Source: an uncultured Candidatus Saccharibacteria bacterium
GTDB lineage: Bacteria; Patescibacteriota; Minisyncoccia; Phycocordibacterales; UBA1006
Assembly (NCBI GenBank): GCA_964350165.1
Contig: CAYGJA010000001.1
Coordinates: forward strand, 4,947 to 68,946
Reading direction: 5' to 3'
DNA: 64,000 bases
The translations under genes were made by a program, and so were the position numbers. The notes below the pieces were generated by a model. It was not told where the DNA came from, did no database searches, and was given only the letters and a program-made list of their open reading frames with translations. Each line of letters opens with the position of its first letter. Positions within the stretch are counted from its first letter, which is position 1. Shown here one piece after another: positions 47,262 to 57,322 of the stretch.

Positions 47262-48743
47262 ATGGCATCACTAGAAGAAATTCGAGCCGCTCGGCTGGAA
47301 AAAATAAAAATCCTAGAAACAGCGGGAATGAACCCCTATGCATCAGAAGTACCGAGAACCATAACTCTAAGAGACCTGAAGCAAAACTATGAAAGGCTGG
47401 CTACAGAAGAAAAGCAACATTCAATCACAGGCAGAATAATGGCCATTAGAGGGCAAGGTGCTATCCAGTTTATTTTATTAAAAGAGGGCAATGAAGAATT
47501 TCAGGCAGTTATTAAAAAAGATGAAATTTCAGAAAAAATTTTTTCACTCTTCCAAGAAACCGTTGATATTGGCGATTTTATCAGCGTAACCGGATCTCTT
47601 TTTTCTACAAAACGAGGAGAGAACAGTCTTCTGGTAACCGATTGGATCATGGCCAGCAAAAGCCTCCGTCCTTTACCAGAAAAATGGCACGGCCTTACTG
47701 ACCAAGACACTCGTTATCGCCAGCGATATCTGGAAACAACAACCGACACATCTGTTTTTGAGCGTTTTGTCTTGCGGTCAAAAATAATCAGAGCTATCCG
47801 GTCGTACATGGAAGATCTTCAATTCATCGAAATAGAAACCCCTATTCTTCAGAATCAAACTGGTGGGGCCATGGCTGAAGTATTCCACACCCATCACAAT
47901 GCTCTTGATCAAGACATGGTGCTTCGAATTGCTTTAGAAATAGATCACAAACTTGTGGTTGCAGGAGGATATGAGCGAATCTTTGAAATTGGCAAGATTT
48001 TTAGAAACGAAGGAATGGATCCAACGCATCTCCAAGAATTCACCATGATCGAATGGTACGCAGCCTGGGCCACCCTCGAAGACAATCTTCGCTGGACAGA
48101 AGACATGATAAAACACATTGCTCACGAAATCATTGGCAAAGATATCTATACCGTTTGGGATAAAAATGGCAAAGAACATCAGATTGATCTAACCAAGCCC
48201 TGGGAAAAAGTAGCCTTCAGTGATTTGCTTATTCAAAATGCCAATCTTCATATGAATACCGCCTCTGACGAAGACGTGCGGTCAAAAGCCAAAGAATGGG
48301 GGCTAGACGAACAAGAATCCAAAACAATGGGGAGGGCAAATTTGCTAGACTTTATTTACAAAAAATCATCTCGAGCTAATATTATTGCTCCAACTTTTGT
48401 AACTGGCTATCCTTCCAGTTTGAAACCTCTAGCCCGGCCGAATACTGACGGTACAGCGGATGTAGCTCAGCTTGTAATTGCTGGCGCCGAAATCACAAAC
48501 CAATACGGTGAATTGGTAAACCCCTTGGCACAAAGACGCCTCCTAGAAGAGCAGGCTAATGCAAAAGCGGCTGGAGACAAAGAAGCAATGGATGTTGACG
48601 AGAGATTTCTGGTTGCAATGGAGCACGGTATGCCACCCATGACTGGTTTTGGTATGGGTATCGATAGACTAACCGCAATTCTCACCGAACAAAAAAACCT
48701 ACGTGATACTATTTTTTTTCCAATAGTAAAACCAATCGACTAG
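47262..48743 (+). CDS. lysS: Lysyl-tRNA synthetase (class II)
   Basis: 493 aa with an OB-fold N-terminus and class II motifs 1-3 (FRNEGMDPTHLQEFTMIE; GFGMGIDRL). Confidence 0.9.
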   Translation: MASLEEIRAARLEKIKILETAGMNPYASEVPRTITLRDLKQNYERLATEEKQHSITGRIMAIRGQGAIQFILLKEGNEEFQAVIKKDEISEKIFSLFQETVDIGDFISVTGSLFSTKRGENSLLVTDWIMASKSLRPLPEKWHGLTDQDTRYRQRYLETTTDTSVFERFVLRSKIIRAIRSYMEDLQFIEIETPILQNQTGGAMAEVFHTHHNALDQDMVLRIALEIDHKLVVAGGYERIFEIGKIFRNEGMDPTHLQEFTMIEWYAAWATLEDNLRWTEDMIKHIAHEIIGKDIYTVWDKNGKEHQIDLTKPWEKVAFSDLLIQNANLHMNTASDEDVRSKAKEWGLDEQESKTMGRANLLDFIYKKSSRANIIAPTFVTGYPSSLKPLARPNTDGTADVAQLVIAGAEITNQYGELVNPLAQRRLLEEQANAKAAGDKEAMDVDERFLVAMEHGMPPMTGFGMGIDRLTAILTEQKNLRDTIFFPIVKPID

Positions 48744-48766
48744 ATTAAACATCAAAAAAACCCTCT

Positions 48767-48797
48767 GAAACCAGCCCTTCAGGCTGGTTTTTTTGTC
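48767..48797 (+). terminator. Intrinsic terminator after lysS
   Basis: AAACCAGCC-cttc-AGGCTGGTTT followed by T7. Confidence 0.7.
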
Positions 48798-48882
48798 CAC
48801 ACGGTTGGCATTGTGGGAAGTGGTGGGATGACATACAATAGAAGTGGGATGATGTGGGAAATAACAGATAGATACAAGAATC

Positions 48883-49317
48883 ATGCTCGTCGGACAACAC
48901 AAGCACAAACTCGATAGCAAAAGCAGGCTGAGCTTGCCTGCCAAACTACGAAAAGAGCTTGGAGGCACAGTTATTGTGACGCACGGGCTAGATCAGTGTC
49001 TTTTTGTATATCCCGTCAAAGAATGGAAGAACTTTTCACACCAAATATCAGAGCTATCTATGGGACAAGCAGACACTCGAGCCTTTGCTCGTTTTATGCT
49101 GAGTAGTGCCGTAGAAGTCGATGTAGACAAAAGCGGTCGAATCCTGATTCCTGATCACCTACAAAGCTACGCAAAACTAGACGAGCAAGTGGTCATTGCG
49201 GGAGTTCATAATCGCTTAGAACTGTGGGGAGAAACAGCCTGGGAACAGTACATGAAAAATGTTACTTCTCGAGCAGATGTATTAGCAGAACGCCTTGGTG
49301 AGATAGGCATGCTGTAA
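48883..49317 (+). CDS. mraZ: Transcriptional regulator MraZ
   Basis: 144 aa with a duplicated SpoVT/AbrB-like fold (LDSKSRLSLPAKLRKEL). Confidence 0.85.
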   Translation: MLVGQHKHKLDSKSRLSLPAKLRKELGGTVIVTHGLDQCLFVYPVKEWKNFSHQISELSMGQADTRAFARFMLSSAVEVDVDKSGRILIPDHLQSYAKLDEQVVIAGVHNRLELWGETAWEQYMKNVTSRADVLAERLGEIGML

Positions 49318-49321
49318 TTAT

Positions 49322-50230
49322 ATGGAAACTCAACACATACCAGTACTACTCGAAGAAATCATGACAGGTCTTCAGCCCGAGTCAGATGACGTCGTTCTGG
49401 ATGGAACCCTGGGAGGAGGGGGGCACGCTCGGGCATTGTTAGAAAAACTGGGATCAAAAGGTGTCCTGATTGGTCTAGATCAAGACCAAGAGGCGCTACA
49501 TCGAAACCAGGACATGTTGCAGAATTACGAGGCTCAAGTCACACTAATCCACGAAAATTTTGCTCATGTGCTAGATGTATGGATGGCAAACCATCTTCCA
49601 TCTCCGAACAAAATTCTCCTGGATCTCGGTTGGAGCAGTGACCAATTCGCCGACGAAAGCAGGGGGTTTTCTTTTCGTCTCAATGGGCCTCTGGATATGA
49701 GGCTTGATGCCAGCAAAGAAGGGAAACTTACGGCTTCTGACCTGGTCAACTCACTAGACGTTCAACAGCTACACGACATCATCAAAAATTACGGCGAAGA
49801 GCGTTATGCCTATCGAATTGCCAGGGAAATCGTTTACCAAAGAACTGAACACGGCCCCATAGAAACAACCAGCCGTCTTGCCGAAATCATCCAGGAGGCC
49901 ACACCTGCTTCCTATGCAAAAACAAAAATCCACCCAGCAACTCGAACTTTCCAGGCCCTACGTATTGCAGTAAATGACGAGCTAGGCGTGCTGGAACGAG
50001 GACTGGAGGGCATGCTTTCGGTTCTCGCACCAGGAGGAACCATGGCAGTCATCAGCTTTCACAGCCTCGAAGACCGAATCGTAAAAAATTGCTTCCGAGA
50101 TTGGCACCAACAAAACCTCGGGAAAAACGTCACAAAAAAACCAATAACGGCCTCTGATAAAGAAATAAAAACAAACCCTCGGTCACGAAGCGCAAAATTA
50201 AGAATTTTTATTAAAGATACAACATCATGA
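49322..50230 (+). CDS. rsmH: 16S rRNA (cytosine1402-N4)-methyltransferase RsmH/MraW
   Basis: Starts HIPVLLEEI, then DGTLGGGGHARALL and DLGWSSDQ. Confidence 0.9.
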   Translation: METQHIPVLLEEIMTGLQPESDDVVLDGTLGGGGHARALLEKLGSKGVLIGLDQDQEALHRNQDMLQNYEAQVTLIHENFAHVLDVWMANHLPSPNKILLDLGWSSDQFADESRGFSFRLNGPLDMRLDASKEGKLTASDLVNSLDVQQLHDIIKNYGEERYAYRIAREIVYQRTEHGPIETTSRLAEIIQEATPASYAKTKIHPATRTFQALRIAVNDELGVLERGLEGMLSVLAPGGTMAVISFHSLEDRIVKNCFRDWHQQNLGKNVTKKPITASDKEIKTNPRSRSAKLRIFIKDTTS

Positions 50231-50565
50231 CAAGCAAAGAATTTTATACAAAAACGACCAGCACCCTAAGTCAAATTTCATATACTCAGGTTCGCTCTAG
50301 TTTGTTATTTTTATGTGGTGCTAGTTTTGTGCTTTACGTAATGCTGGTTATTTTTTCTACAGCAACTATTAGCCACTCAAAGGTTCTTGTTTCAGAAATC
50401 AGAGACCATCAAGGAGCTATTACCGAGCTCAATGGAGCTCTGGCAATTAAAAACCAAGACCTTGCCGTAACTCTCCAAGAAAACAACGAGTACGTTACCC
50501 CAAAAAGCATTGCTTACATAAACAAAGCAGATGTAATCAACCAACCTTTGGCCCTGGAGCGATAA
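50227..50565 (+). CDS. FtsL-like cell-division protein
   Basis: 112 aa with a single TM plus coiled coil, placed between rsmH and ftsI. ATGA overlap with rsmH. Confidence 0.55.
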   Translation: MTSKEFYTKTTSTLSQISYTQVRSSLLFLCGASFVLYVMLVIFSTATISHSKVLVSEIRDHQGAITELNGALAIKNQDLAVTLQENNEYVTPKSIAYINKADVINQPLALER

Positions 50566-50598
50566 TATTATTCACTAGCAGCACATTCGCCTAACACC

Positions 50599-52320
50599 AT
50601 GCGCAGCCCTCTTTATCTTTTTACAAAGCGCATACAATTAATTTTTGGCTTTTGCGTACTAGTTGGTTTTATTTTTGTATTACGACTCTATCAGCTCCAA
50701 ATAATACACGGCGAGAAATATCGAGACCAAGCAGACCGTCAATTTGTTGCCAGTTCAGGGAATAGTTTTGAACGAGGCTCTATTCTTTTTACCACCAGAG
50801 AGCTCTATCAGGTGCCCGCCGCCAGCACCAAGCACGGTGTAAAAGTTGCCATTACTCCAAACTCAATCACGGATAAAGAAAAACTTTACGAATCAATCAA
50901 TAGCGTTGTCCCTCTAGACAAAGAATCATTTTTAGCAAAAGCGAGCAAGTCAGACGACCCCTACGAAGAAATACTTTTTCAGCTTGACGAGGATCAAGCC
51001 AAAAATCTTCGATCGTTAGATCTGGACGACATACGCCTTCATCAAGAAAGCTGGCGTGTATATCCTCAAGAATTCATGACAGCAAAAACCATTGGCTTTG
51101 TCTCTTATGACGAAGACGAATTACGAGGCCAGTACGGATTAGAACGCACCTACGAAGACGTGCTCAAGCGAACAAACTCAGAACGAGGCAATCTCTTTGT
51201 AGACATTTTAACCAGCCTTTCTCGAACCCTCTCACCAAGCTGGTTTACCGAGGGCGATCTCGTCACCACCCTAGACTTATCGGCACAACGAGAATTATTC
51301 CGAACAGTATCCGATATCAATGACACCTGGAACTCAGAAATGACCGGTGGCATTATCATCAAGCCGAGCACGGGTGCCATTATCTCCCTAGAAAGTGTTC
51401 CTAGCTTTAATCCCAACGACAGATCGCAAGCTGATTCAAAATACTTTAGAAACCCTCTGGTCGAAGACGTGTACGAAATGGGATCAATCATGAAACCACT
51501 CATTGTTGCAGCCGGGCTTGATAGTCAATCAATCACTCCAGAGTTTAGCTACAACGACACCGGATCGGTAGTTGTTCGCAATCGAACAATTTATAATTAC
51601 GACAAAAGAGGTCGAGGACCAGACACCCAACTAAAAACCGTTCTCAGCGATTCGCTCAACACCGGAATGGTTCTTATAGAAAAAACAATGGGACACGAGA
51701 CAAGCAAGTCCTACCTGGAAAAATTAGGTCTCCGAGAGAAAACAAACATAGACCTCCCCAACGAGGCCACCGGACTCACAAACAATATGGACACGCTTAG
51801 CGATGTTGAATATGCAAACATCTCTTTTGGACAGGGAATTGCCGTTTCTCCTATTGCCATGACGCGAGCACTGGCGACACTGGCAAATAACGGGAAACTT
51901 CCGACTCCTTATATTGGTGACTTTGTTGCCTATCCAGAAGGCAGCCGCAAAGACCTGGCTCCAAATCCAGAGACAAACACTCGAGTGTTTCAACCACAAG
52001 CCGTACGCCAAGTATCAGACATTCTTGTCTATTCGGTGGATAACGTACTAGGGGATGGAAAATACAAAAATGACCATTACTCCATTGCCGCCAAGACCGG
52101 TACTGCTCAAATCCCTAACCCTCAGGCCGGCGGCTATTATGAAGACCGAAATCTTCATACTTTTTTTGGCTATTTCCCGGCTAGCAATCCTGAATTTCTG
52201 GTTTTCCTATATACACTACACCCCAAAGGTGTTCGTTTTTCTTCCCAGACTCTGGCCGCTCCGTTCTTCAAACTCACTGATTTTCTCATCAATTATTATC
52301 ACGTTCCGCCAGATCGATAA
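50599..52320 (+). CDS. ftsI: Peptidoglycan D,D-transpeptidase FtsI (PBP3-like)
   Basis: 573 aa with SIMKPL (SxxK), SLNTG (SxN), and KTGTAQ. Confidence 0.8.
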   Translation: MRSPLYLFTKRIQLIFGFCVLVGFIFVLRLYQLQIIHGEKYRDQADRQFVASSGNSFERGSILFTTRELYQVPAASTKHGVKVAITPNSITDKEKLYESINSVVPLDKESFLAKASKSDDPYEEILFQLDEDQAKNLRSLDLDDIRLHQESWRVYPQEFMTAKTIGFVSYDEDELRGQYGLERTYEDVLKRTNSERGNLFVDILTSLSRTLSPSWFTEGDLVTTLDLSAQRELFRTVSDINDTWNSEMTGGIIIKPSTGAIISLESVPSFNPNDRSQADSKYFRNPLVEDVYEMGSIMKPLIVAAGLDSQSITPEFSYNDTGSVVVRNRTIYNYDKRGRGPDTQLKTVLSDSLNTGMVLIEKTMGHETSKSYLEKLGLREKTNIDLPNEATGLTNNMDTLSDVEYANISFGQGIAVSPIAMTRALATLANNGKLPTPYIGDFVAYPEGSRKDLAPNPETNTRVFQPQAVRQVSDILVYSVDNVLGDGKYKNDHYSIAAKTGTAQIPNPQAGGYYEDRNLHTFFGYFPASNPEFLVFLYTLHPKGVRFSSQTLAAPFFKLTDFLINYYHVPPDR

Positions 52321-52351
52321 TATATAGTCAATAATTGGGAGTGGTACACTA

Positions 52352-53671
52352 ATGAACTCAAAAAACATGAAAAGCATCATAAAAAACATAATCGTATACA
52401 TCATCACCTGGCAAGCAAAAATGATTGTCAAAAAATACCATCCCCAAATCATTGCTATTGGCGGAGACGTGGGCAAAACCACGACCAAAGACGCTATTTA
52501 CGAAGTAGTCAAGCAGAAATTCACAACCAGAAAAAGCCAGAAGAGCTTTAATAGCGAGACCGGCTTGCCCCTCTCAATCATTGGTGCGGACAGTGGCTGG
52601 AACAGTCCACGTAAATGGCTGGGGGTTATTATGCGTGGTTTCGAGCTTTTGATAAAAAAACAAAAATACCCCGACTATCTTGTGCTCGAACTTGGAGACA
52701 GAAAGCCGGGCGACAGCAAGACCCTCACCGAATGGCTACAGCCAGACATTCTCGTGCTTACCAAAATAGACGAAATACCAACCCATGTGGAATTTTTTGA
52801 ATCAATCAAAGCTTCTCGATCAGAAAAAACAGATCTCGTGCGTGCCGTCAAAAAAGAAGGCATTGTCATTATTAATCACGATGACCCCCTGGCTCTCGAG
52901 GTAATAGAGAATTCTCGTCGGCAAGATATTAACGTTCTCCAATTTTCTGAAACAGAAAAAAATACTGATTTGTTTATCAAACAAATATCTATTATCAAAA
53001 AAGAAGATCTTCTCGGAACTCGTATTTCTTTGGTGCACCAAGACCAAGACGCTGTAATTTTTGTCGCTGGCCAACTGGGTGACGGTCTAGCCAAATCAGT
53101 GGCCACCGCCGCCTTGGTTGGGCTGGCTCTCGATATTTCATTAGAAACGTCCGCGTATGCTTTTGCAGAGGAGACAGATCTGGCCCGAGGTAGATTGCGA
53201 GCCATACCAGGAGTAAAAAGAACCGTCCTAATTGACGACACCTACAATGCAGGTTTTGCTTCTACAAAACTCGCCCTAGAGACACTATCTCAGACACCCA
53301 AGGCAAATCGGCGCATAGCCCTCTTGGCAGATATGCTAGAACTAGGAAAGCACAGCCAAGAAGCCCACGAAGCCATTGGCGCCCTCGCTCCCGAGCATTG
53401 CGACATCCTTATCACCGTCGGAGCACATTCTCGATCAATCGCCACAGCCGCAAAAAATGCCGGCATGAAAACAAAAGAAGTTTTCACTTTTTCAAATGCT
53501 GGCGAAGCAGGAAAATTTGCCGAGCAAATGATTTCTCCTGGTGACGTAGTCCTCATAAAAGGCTCCCAGGGCTTGCGTATGGAACGCGCTGTCCAAGAAA
53601 TGATGCTCCACCCCGAAGAAAGAGACAAGCTGCTTGTTCGCCAAGAAAGAGAATGGTTGTCAAAAAAATAG
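52352..53671 (+). CDS. murF: Mur ligase, most likely UDP-MurNAc-tripeptide D-Ala-D-Ala ligase
   Basis: 439 aa with GGDVGKTTTKDAI (the Mur ligase P-loop) and IDDTYNAGF (compare the MurF motif DDSYNANP). Its dcw position follows ftsI. MurE cannot be excluded. Confidence 0.55.
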   Translation: MNSKNMKSIIKNIIVYIITWQAKMIVKKYHPQIIAIGGDVGKTTTKDAIYEVVKQKFTTRKSQKSFNSETGLPLSIIGADSGWNSPRKWLGVIMRGFELLIKKQKYPDYLVLELGDRKPGDSKTLTEWLQPDILVLTKIDEIPTHVEFFESIKASRSEKTDLVRAVKKEGIVIINHDDPLALEVIENSRRQDINVLQFSETEKNTDLFIKQISIIKKEDLLGTRISLVHQDQDAVIFVAGQLGDGLAKSVATAALVGLALDISLETSAYAFAEETDLARGRLRAIPGVKRTVLIDDTYNAGFASTKLALETLSQTPKANRRIALLADMLELGKHSQEAHEAIGALAPEHCDILITVGAHSRSIATAAKNAGMKTKEVFTFSNAGEAGKFAEQMISPGDVVLIKGSQGLRMERAVQEMMLHPEERDKLLVRQEREWLSKK

Positions 53672-53743
53672 TACAATAGTTCTGTATTTCAGAGATTCTA
53701 AAACAAGCAATCAAAGATTTTTTAATCCATAATTTTAATAACA

Positions 53744-54337
53744 ATGTACGAAGGCGACTTTTTCAAAAAACCAAACAGCAAACCCAAACTCAAACAAATT
53801 GTAGAAAGAATACAATCCTTTGCTTCTCCCAAACTTTTTCTGACCCTTCTTACAATCGCAATGCTTAATTCCGAACTTCCAGCACAAGCAACCGGAATGT
53901 CTACGTCCATAGCAGACATAGGACTCACTAGCGGCCCCCCAATGATCGATATTCCCAACCCCACAGGAAAAGAGGGGACAGAATACACCGAAGCGAACGG
54001 GCCGCCGCCGATAGTGGATATCTTTACAGTATCTTCAGAAACAACTAATCAGCCACAAACAATTAACCAGCCTCCGGAAATGGTTACTATCGTCTCAGGG
54101 GATGACCGATTCCGAGGAACAGACAGAAAAATTGCTCAACGATTCTTCCAATTACACCCTAGTTTTGACATGGAAAACATATATGGTGTCTATGAAACAG
54201 AGTACCAAAGAGACAATGCCCTAGAGGCCGCAAAAAAATTCGATGATTCTTCACAATGGGACATCGAAACAATATCTGGAACTACAGACGGTGATCCCGG
54301 TGATGAAAAAAAATTCTTTATTGTATTCAAAAAATAA
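53744..54337 (+). CDS. Hypothetical secreted protein
   Basis: 197 aa with a signal peptide and a Pro/Thr-rich region. Confidence 0.4.
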   Translation: MYEGDFFKKPNSKPKLKQIVERIQSFASPKLFLTLLTIAMLNSELPAQATGMSTSIADIGLTSGPPMIDIPNPTGKEGTEYTEANGPPPIVDIFTVSSETTNQPQTINQPPEMVTIVSGDDRFRGTDRKIAQRFFQLHPSFDMENIYGVYETEYQRDNALEAAKKFDDSSQWDIETISGTTDGDPGDEKKFFIVFKK

Positions 54338-54398
54338 GTAGCAATATCAATACTAATTTGACTCAAGTCCTTGCTTTAGATATCCTGAGCAAACACAA

Positions 54399-54470
54399 GG
54401 CCCTATCGTCTAACGGTTAGGACGCCAGGTTCTCATCCTGGAAATCGGAGTTCGATTCTCCGTAGGGTCA
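54399..54470 (+). tRNA. tRNA-Glu (anticodon CUC)
   Basis: Acceptor GGCCCUA/UAGGGUC. Anticodon stem CCAGG/CCUGG with loop UUCUCAU. T-arm CGGAG-UUCGAUU-CUCCG. No encoded CCA. Confidence 0.85.
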
Positions 54471-54550
54471 CATCATCTAAAAGCCTTCTGCAACAACACT
54501 CTTTGAAGTGGGATTGTGGGGTATTCAGAACTGAATACTTGACATTTAAT
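54460..54550 (+). repeat. attB-like site: tRNA-Glu 3' end (CCGTAGGGTCAC) plus a downstream flank duplicated at 58314
   Basis: The 26 nt CCGTAGGGTCACATCATCTAAAAGCC are identical at 58314..58339. The next roughly 65 nt are about 75% identical. Confidence 0.75.
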
Positions 54551-54637
54551 CTAAAAAATGGTATTATACTTTTGATTAATTCTTTTTAAATTCACCCGTA
54601 CGAAAACGAAATCCCTGGTACGGGCAGGGTAAAAAAC

Positions 54638-55411
54638 ATGAAAATTACTAATCACAGCGGCGCATGGGCCGCAGAGATTGAGATTTTGGAAGGGCCCATG
54701 TCGGCCCTGTGTCTGGAGATTGGCATTTTTTGCCGCAACCGCCAGCGCGCACGTCGGACCTTCACCATCGGCCAAGCCTTGGCCTCTGGCAAGTACCCAG
54801 AAGGACTTGCCGAGGTTGAGACCTGGCTCGAGAAGACGGCCGGCTCAGCCGAGCTCAAGCACAAGGTGCTTGCAGCGGTCGCAGTGGCCATCTTGCGGAC
54901 GGAGGTATCCACCTATGACTGGTTCCTAATGGCAGAAATTGTTGGCCAAGAGAAACCTTTTGGAAAAGAGTTCGAGGAAGGATACCGAGTCGAGGTGCCA
55001 CAGCGTCTCCTCCCCTCAAGCTGGACTGGCGAAGCCAAGTTTGGCAATTTGGAGGCTGCCGTGGCCTACGCCAATGACCAGGCGGACAATTTGGAGGCCT
55101 TGGAAATTGTCCACGAGGACAAATGGGGGAACCGCACCCCGATCGCCCTTGTGAAGCCTGCAAGCATACTGTGCTTGCATGGCGAAGTTCACTACCTGGC
55201 CAAACGTCTGTCTTTCGATCTCGAAACGATCGAAAGGTGGGTGGTACGCCATTGGGGATTAAAAGAGGGGTTCGAAACCCACCTTGAGGACTTGGAAGAC
55301 CTAAAAGCTGAGATTTGGAGCTACTCCAGACTCACAGCCCATTGGGGCATGAGAGTGTGCCCAGCCCTAGGCTGGGATACAGACTGGCAACCGCAAGAAG
55401 AGGAGCTTTAG
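54638..55411 (+). CDS. Hypothetical protein encoded by a conspicuously GC-rich ORF
   Basis: 257 aa. Its codon usage is rich in GCC/CGC/GGC, unlike the neighbouring genes. No recognisable domain. It is the first cassette after tRNA-Glu. Confidence 0.5.
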   Translation: MKITNHSGAWAAEIEILEGPMSALCLEIGIFCRNRQRARRTFTIGQALASGKYPEGLAEVETWLEKTAGSAELKHKVLAAVAVAILRTEVSTYDWFLMAEIVGQEKPFGKEFEEGYRVEVPQRLLPSSWTGEAKFGNLEAAVAYANDQADNLEALEIVHEDKWGNRTPIALVKPASILCLHGEVHYLAKRLSFDLETIERWVVRHWGLKEGFETHLEDLEDLKAEIWSYSRLTAHWGMRVCPALGWDTDWQPQEEEL

Positions 55412-55528
55412 GCTCACTATCTAATAAGAAAAAGGGTCGGATGACATCAGTTGTCCGACCGCTTTTTATTTGGGGAATTTAGATGCTCGCCGCCAAATTT
55501 CTGGTGGCTTTTTTAATCTCACTCCGCA

Positions 55529-55690
55529 CCCCCAAAAGTTCTGAAAACCAAGCCGTAGGGTCACTAGAATTTAAAGTGTTGTAAATAAAGGGTTTTAGAG
55601 GGTGTCCTAGGGGGTGTTCCGAATTCTTGGTGAACATGTTTTCAAAAGATAGTTTTTGGTGGGTTATAATTGTTTTATACAAATTCACGT
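55529..55690 (+). repeat. Island repeat copy A (full): tRNA-like arm, core CCGTAGGGTCAC, and a roughly 130-bp conserved arm ending in TTATAATTGTTTTATACAAATTCACG
   Basis: About 95% identical to copy D (58908..59068). Core at 55553..55564. The arm ends about 20 nt before the DUF2726 ATG. Confidence 0.8.
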
Positions 55691-55710
55691 TATTTTTAAA
55701 GATTCTCTCA

Positions 55711-56217
55711 ATGACAAATCTCACCATTCTCATCATCGTCGGCGTTGGATTTGCCGCTATTGTTTACTTCTTTGGCAAGAAAGAACCCTCTGAGGGAAAA
55801 ACCAAGGAAGAATATCACTACCAACCAAAGAAGTTCTTTATGACGCGCGCCGAGCATGAATGCTTTGATGCTTTGGTCGAGGCAGTGGGGGATCAGTATC
55901 ATGTTCTAGCCCAAGTACATCTGAATTCAATTGTGGACCACAAAGTGACGGGTCAAAACTGGAAAGCAGCATTTCGGCACATCAGCCAAAAATCTGTCGA
56001 CTTTGTGCTCTGTGACAAGGATTACCTATCTCCAAAACTAGCGATAGAGCTTGATGACAAAACACACGAAAGACCTGATCGGATGTTGCGTGATGCTGAG
56101 GTGGAGAGAATCCTAAAAGATGCCAAGGTTCCTTTGCTCAGATTGGAAAACCATGGGAGCTTTGATGTGGGAGAGATAAAGGAAAAGATTCAAGGTTCTC
56201 TCGTAGTAATAGGGTAA
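55711..56217 (+). CDS. DUF2726-family protein with an N-terminal TM anchor (paralogue of 6891..7385)
   Basis: The ATG at 55711 gives MTNLTILIIVGVGFAAIVYFF. The core is SVDFVLCDKDYLSPKLAIELDDKTH. The track ORF 55627 starts inside the repeat. Confidence 0.6.
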   Translation: MTNLTILIIVGVGFAAIVYFFGKKEPSEGKTKEEYHYQPKKFFMTRAEHECFDALVEAVGDQYHVLAQVHLNSIVDHKVTGQNWKAAFRHISQKSVDFVLCDKDYLSPKLAIELDDKTHERPDRMLRDAEVERILKDAKVPLLRLENHGSFDVGEIKEKIQGSLVVIG

Positions 56218-56290
56218 TTATGGCTTTACTAAGCCCTTTTGGGGTGGTATTTTCTCAATGAGAAATAGAATACTTAACTTCTAATTACTA

Positions 56291-57190
56291 ATGAAACGTT
56301 GGAAAACAATTCCAAAAAATCGAAAGCTGGCTCTACTGGCTGTAGGGTTGCTTGTACTTGCCATGGTTGGTTGTGTTTCAAAGAGATCGATCAGCTCTAT
56401 TGCCACGAACAACACTGATGCGATGCCTGAAAACCCTCTTACCGGGTTGGATTATGTACCACCGTCTATTGATGGAGTTTCCTATGGCGACTATCTTGAT
56501 TCGATTCCTGATGGTTCCATGTATATTGGCTCAAGCCGGGGTCCGATTGGCATAGACGCTAGTTTTGTGGGTGGTGATACTGAAATTTTTCAACGAGATC
56601 GATTTTTGGCTCAAAACGAGACATATAATTATTATTCTCCTTATAATATTGGCACATCGTATCAAGGTGTGACTGGCCAGGGAGAATACACCGCCCATAC
56701 CGCTAAGATTAGATTGGAGTATAACGGAGTGGAGGTTTGGTCGGGAGAACGGTACAAGCTTTACGAATTATTCACAGATTCACCTAAAAAGGGGTTCTTG
56801 GTATCACTAGGATGGATATCTGAGTCCGAGATTCTCTTCAATGTAAAAAGTGATGGCTGGGGTCAGAGTTTAGAAATGTGGATACTTGATGTCTCTAACA
56901 TGGCTACTCGTAAGCTGAATTTGCCCGAAAACTATGTTTCGGTGCCATATTTGTCGCCTAATGGTAAATATGTAATGTTCGGCATCAAGACTTCACCTGA
57001 AGGTGATGCAGATTGGGTTGATGAATGGTTCTTGTATGAAATACAAACCAACAAGATTACTCCGTTACCACCAGGCTCATATGGGGCCTGGTATCTTCCT
57101 GTCGATACGTACAACAAAATCGAAGAAGCATTGCAAGCCTCGATGGGATCAGGGTTTTTACACCCAAAAGTTCGGAAAACCAAGCCGTAG
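56291..57190 (+). CDS. Hypothetical lipoprotein, beta-propeller-like
   Basis: 299 aa with a lipobox (LLVLAMVGC) and a Y/G/D-rich beta-rich domain. The last 9 codons and the stop are encoded by repeat copy B. Confidence 0.5.
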   Translation: MKRWKTIPKNRKLALLAVGLLVLAMVGCVSKRSISSIATNNTDAMPENPLTGLDYVPPSIDGVSYGDYLDSIPDGSMYIGSSRGPIGIDASFVGGDTEIFQRDRFLAQNETYNYYSPYNIGTSYQGVTGQGEYTAHTAKIRLEYNGVEVWSGERYKLYELFTDSPKKGFLVSLGWISESEILFNVKSDGWGQSLEMWILDVSNMATRKLNLPENYVSVPYLSPNGKYVMFGIKTSPEGDADWVDEWFLYEIQTNKITPLPPGSYGAWYLPVDTYNKIEEALQASMGSGFLHPKVRKTKP

Positions 57191-57270
57191 GGTCACTAGA
57201 ATTTAAAGTGTTGTAAATAAAGGGGTTTTTGGGGGTGTCCTAGGGGGTGTTCCGAATTATTTGTGAACGT
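57163..57270 (+). repeat. Island repeat copy B (arm truncated)
   Basis: Core at 57185..57196, followed by TAGAATTTAAAGTGTTGTAAATAAAGGGG...GTGTTCCGAATT, after which the similarity is lost. Confidence 0.75.
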
Positions 57271-57322
57271 GTGAAGATTGTGGAAGATATGTAAAACAGC
57301 CAGCAAACAAAGAGTCAGATTC

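Noticed and set aside
55479-57206. Small ORFs beginning MVFRTFG... (55479..55736-, 56932..57183-, 57003..57206+)
   Set aside because: These are read-through artefacts of the reverse complement of the island repeat arm (CCCAAAAGTTCGGAAAACC). The same N-terminus appears wherever the repeat occurs, so they are not genes.
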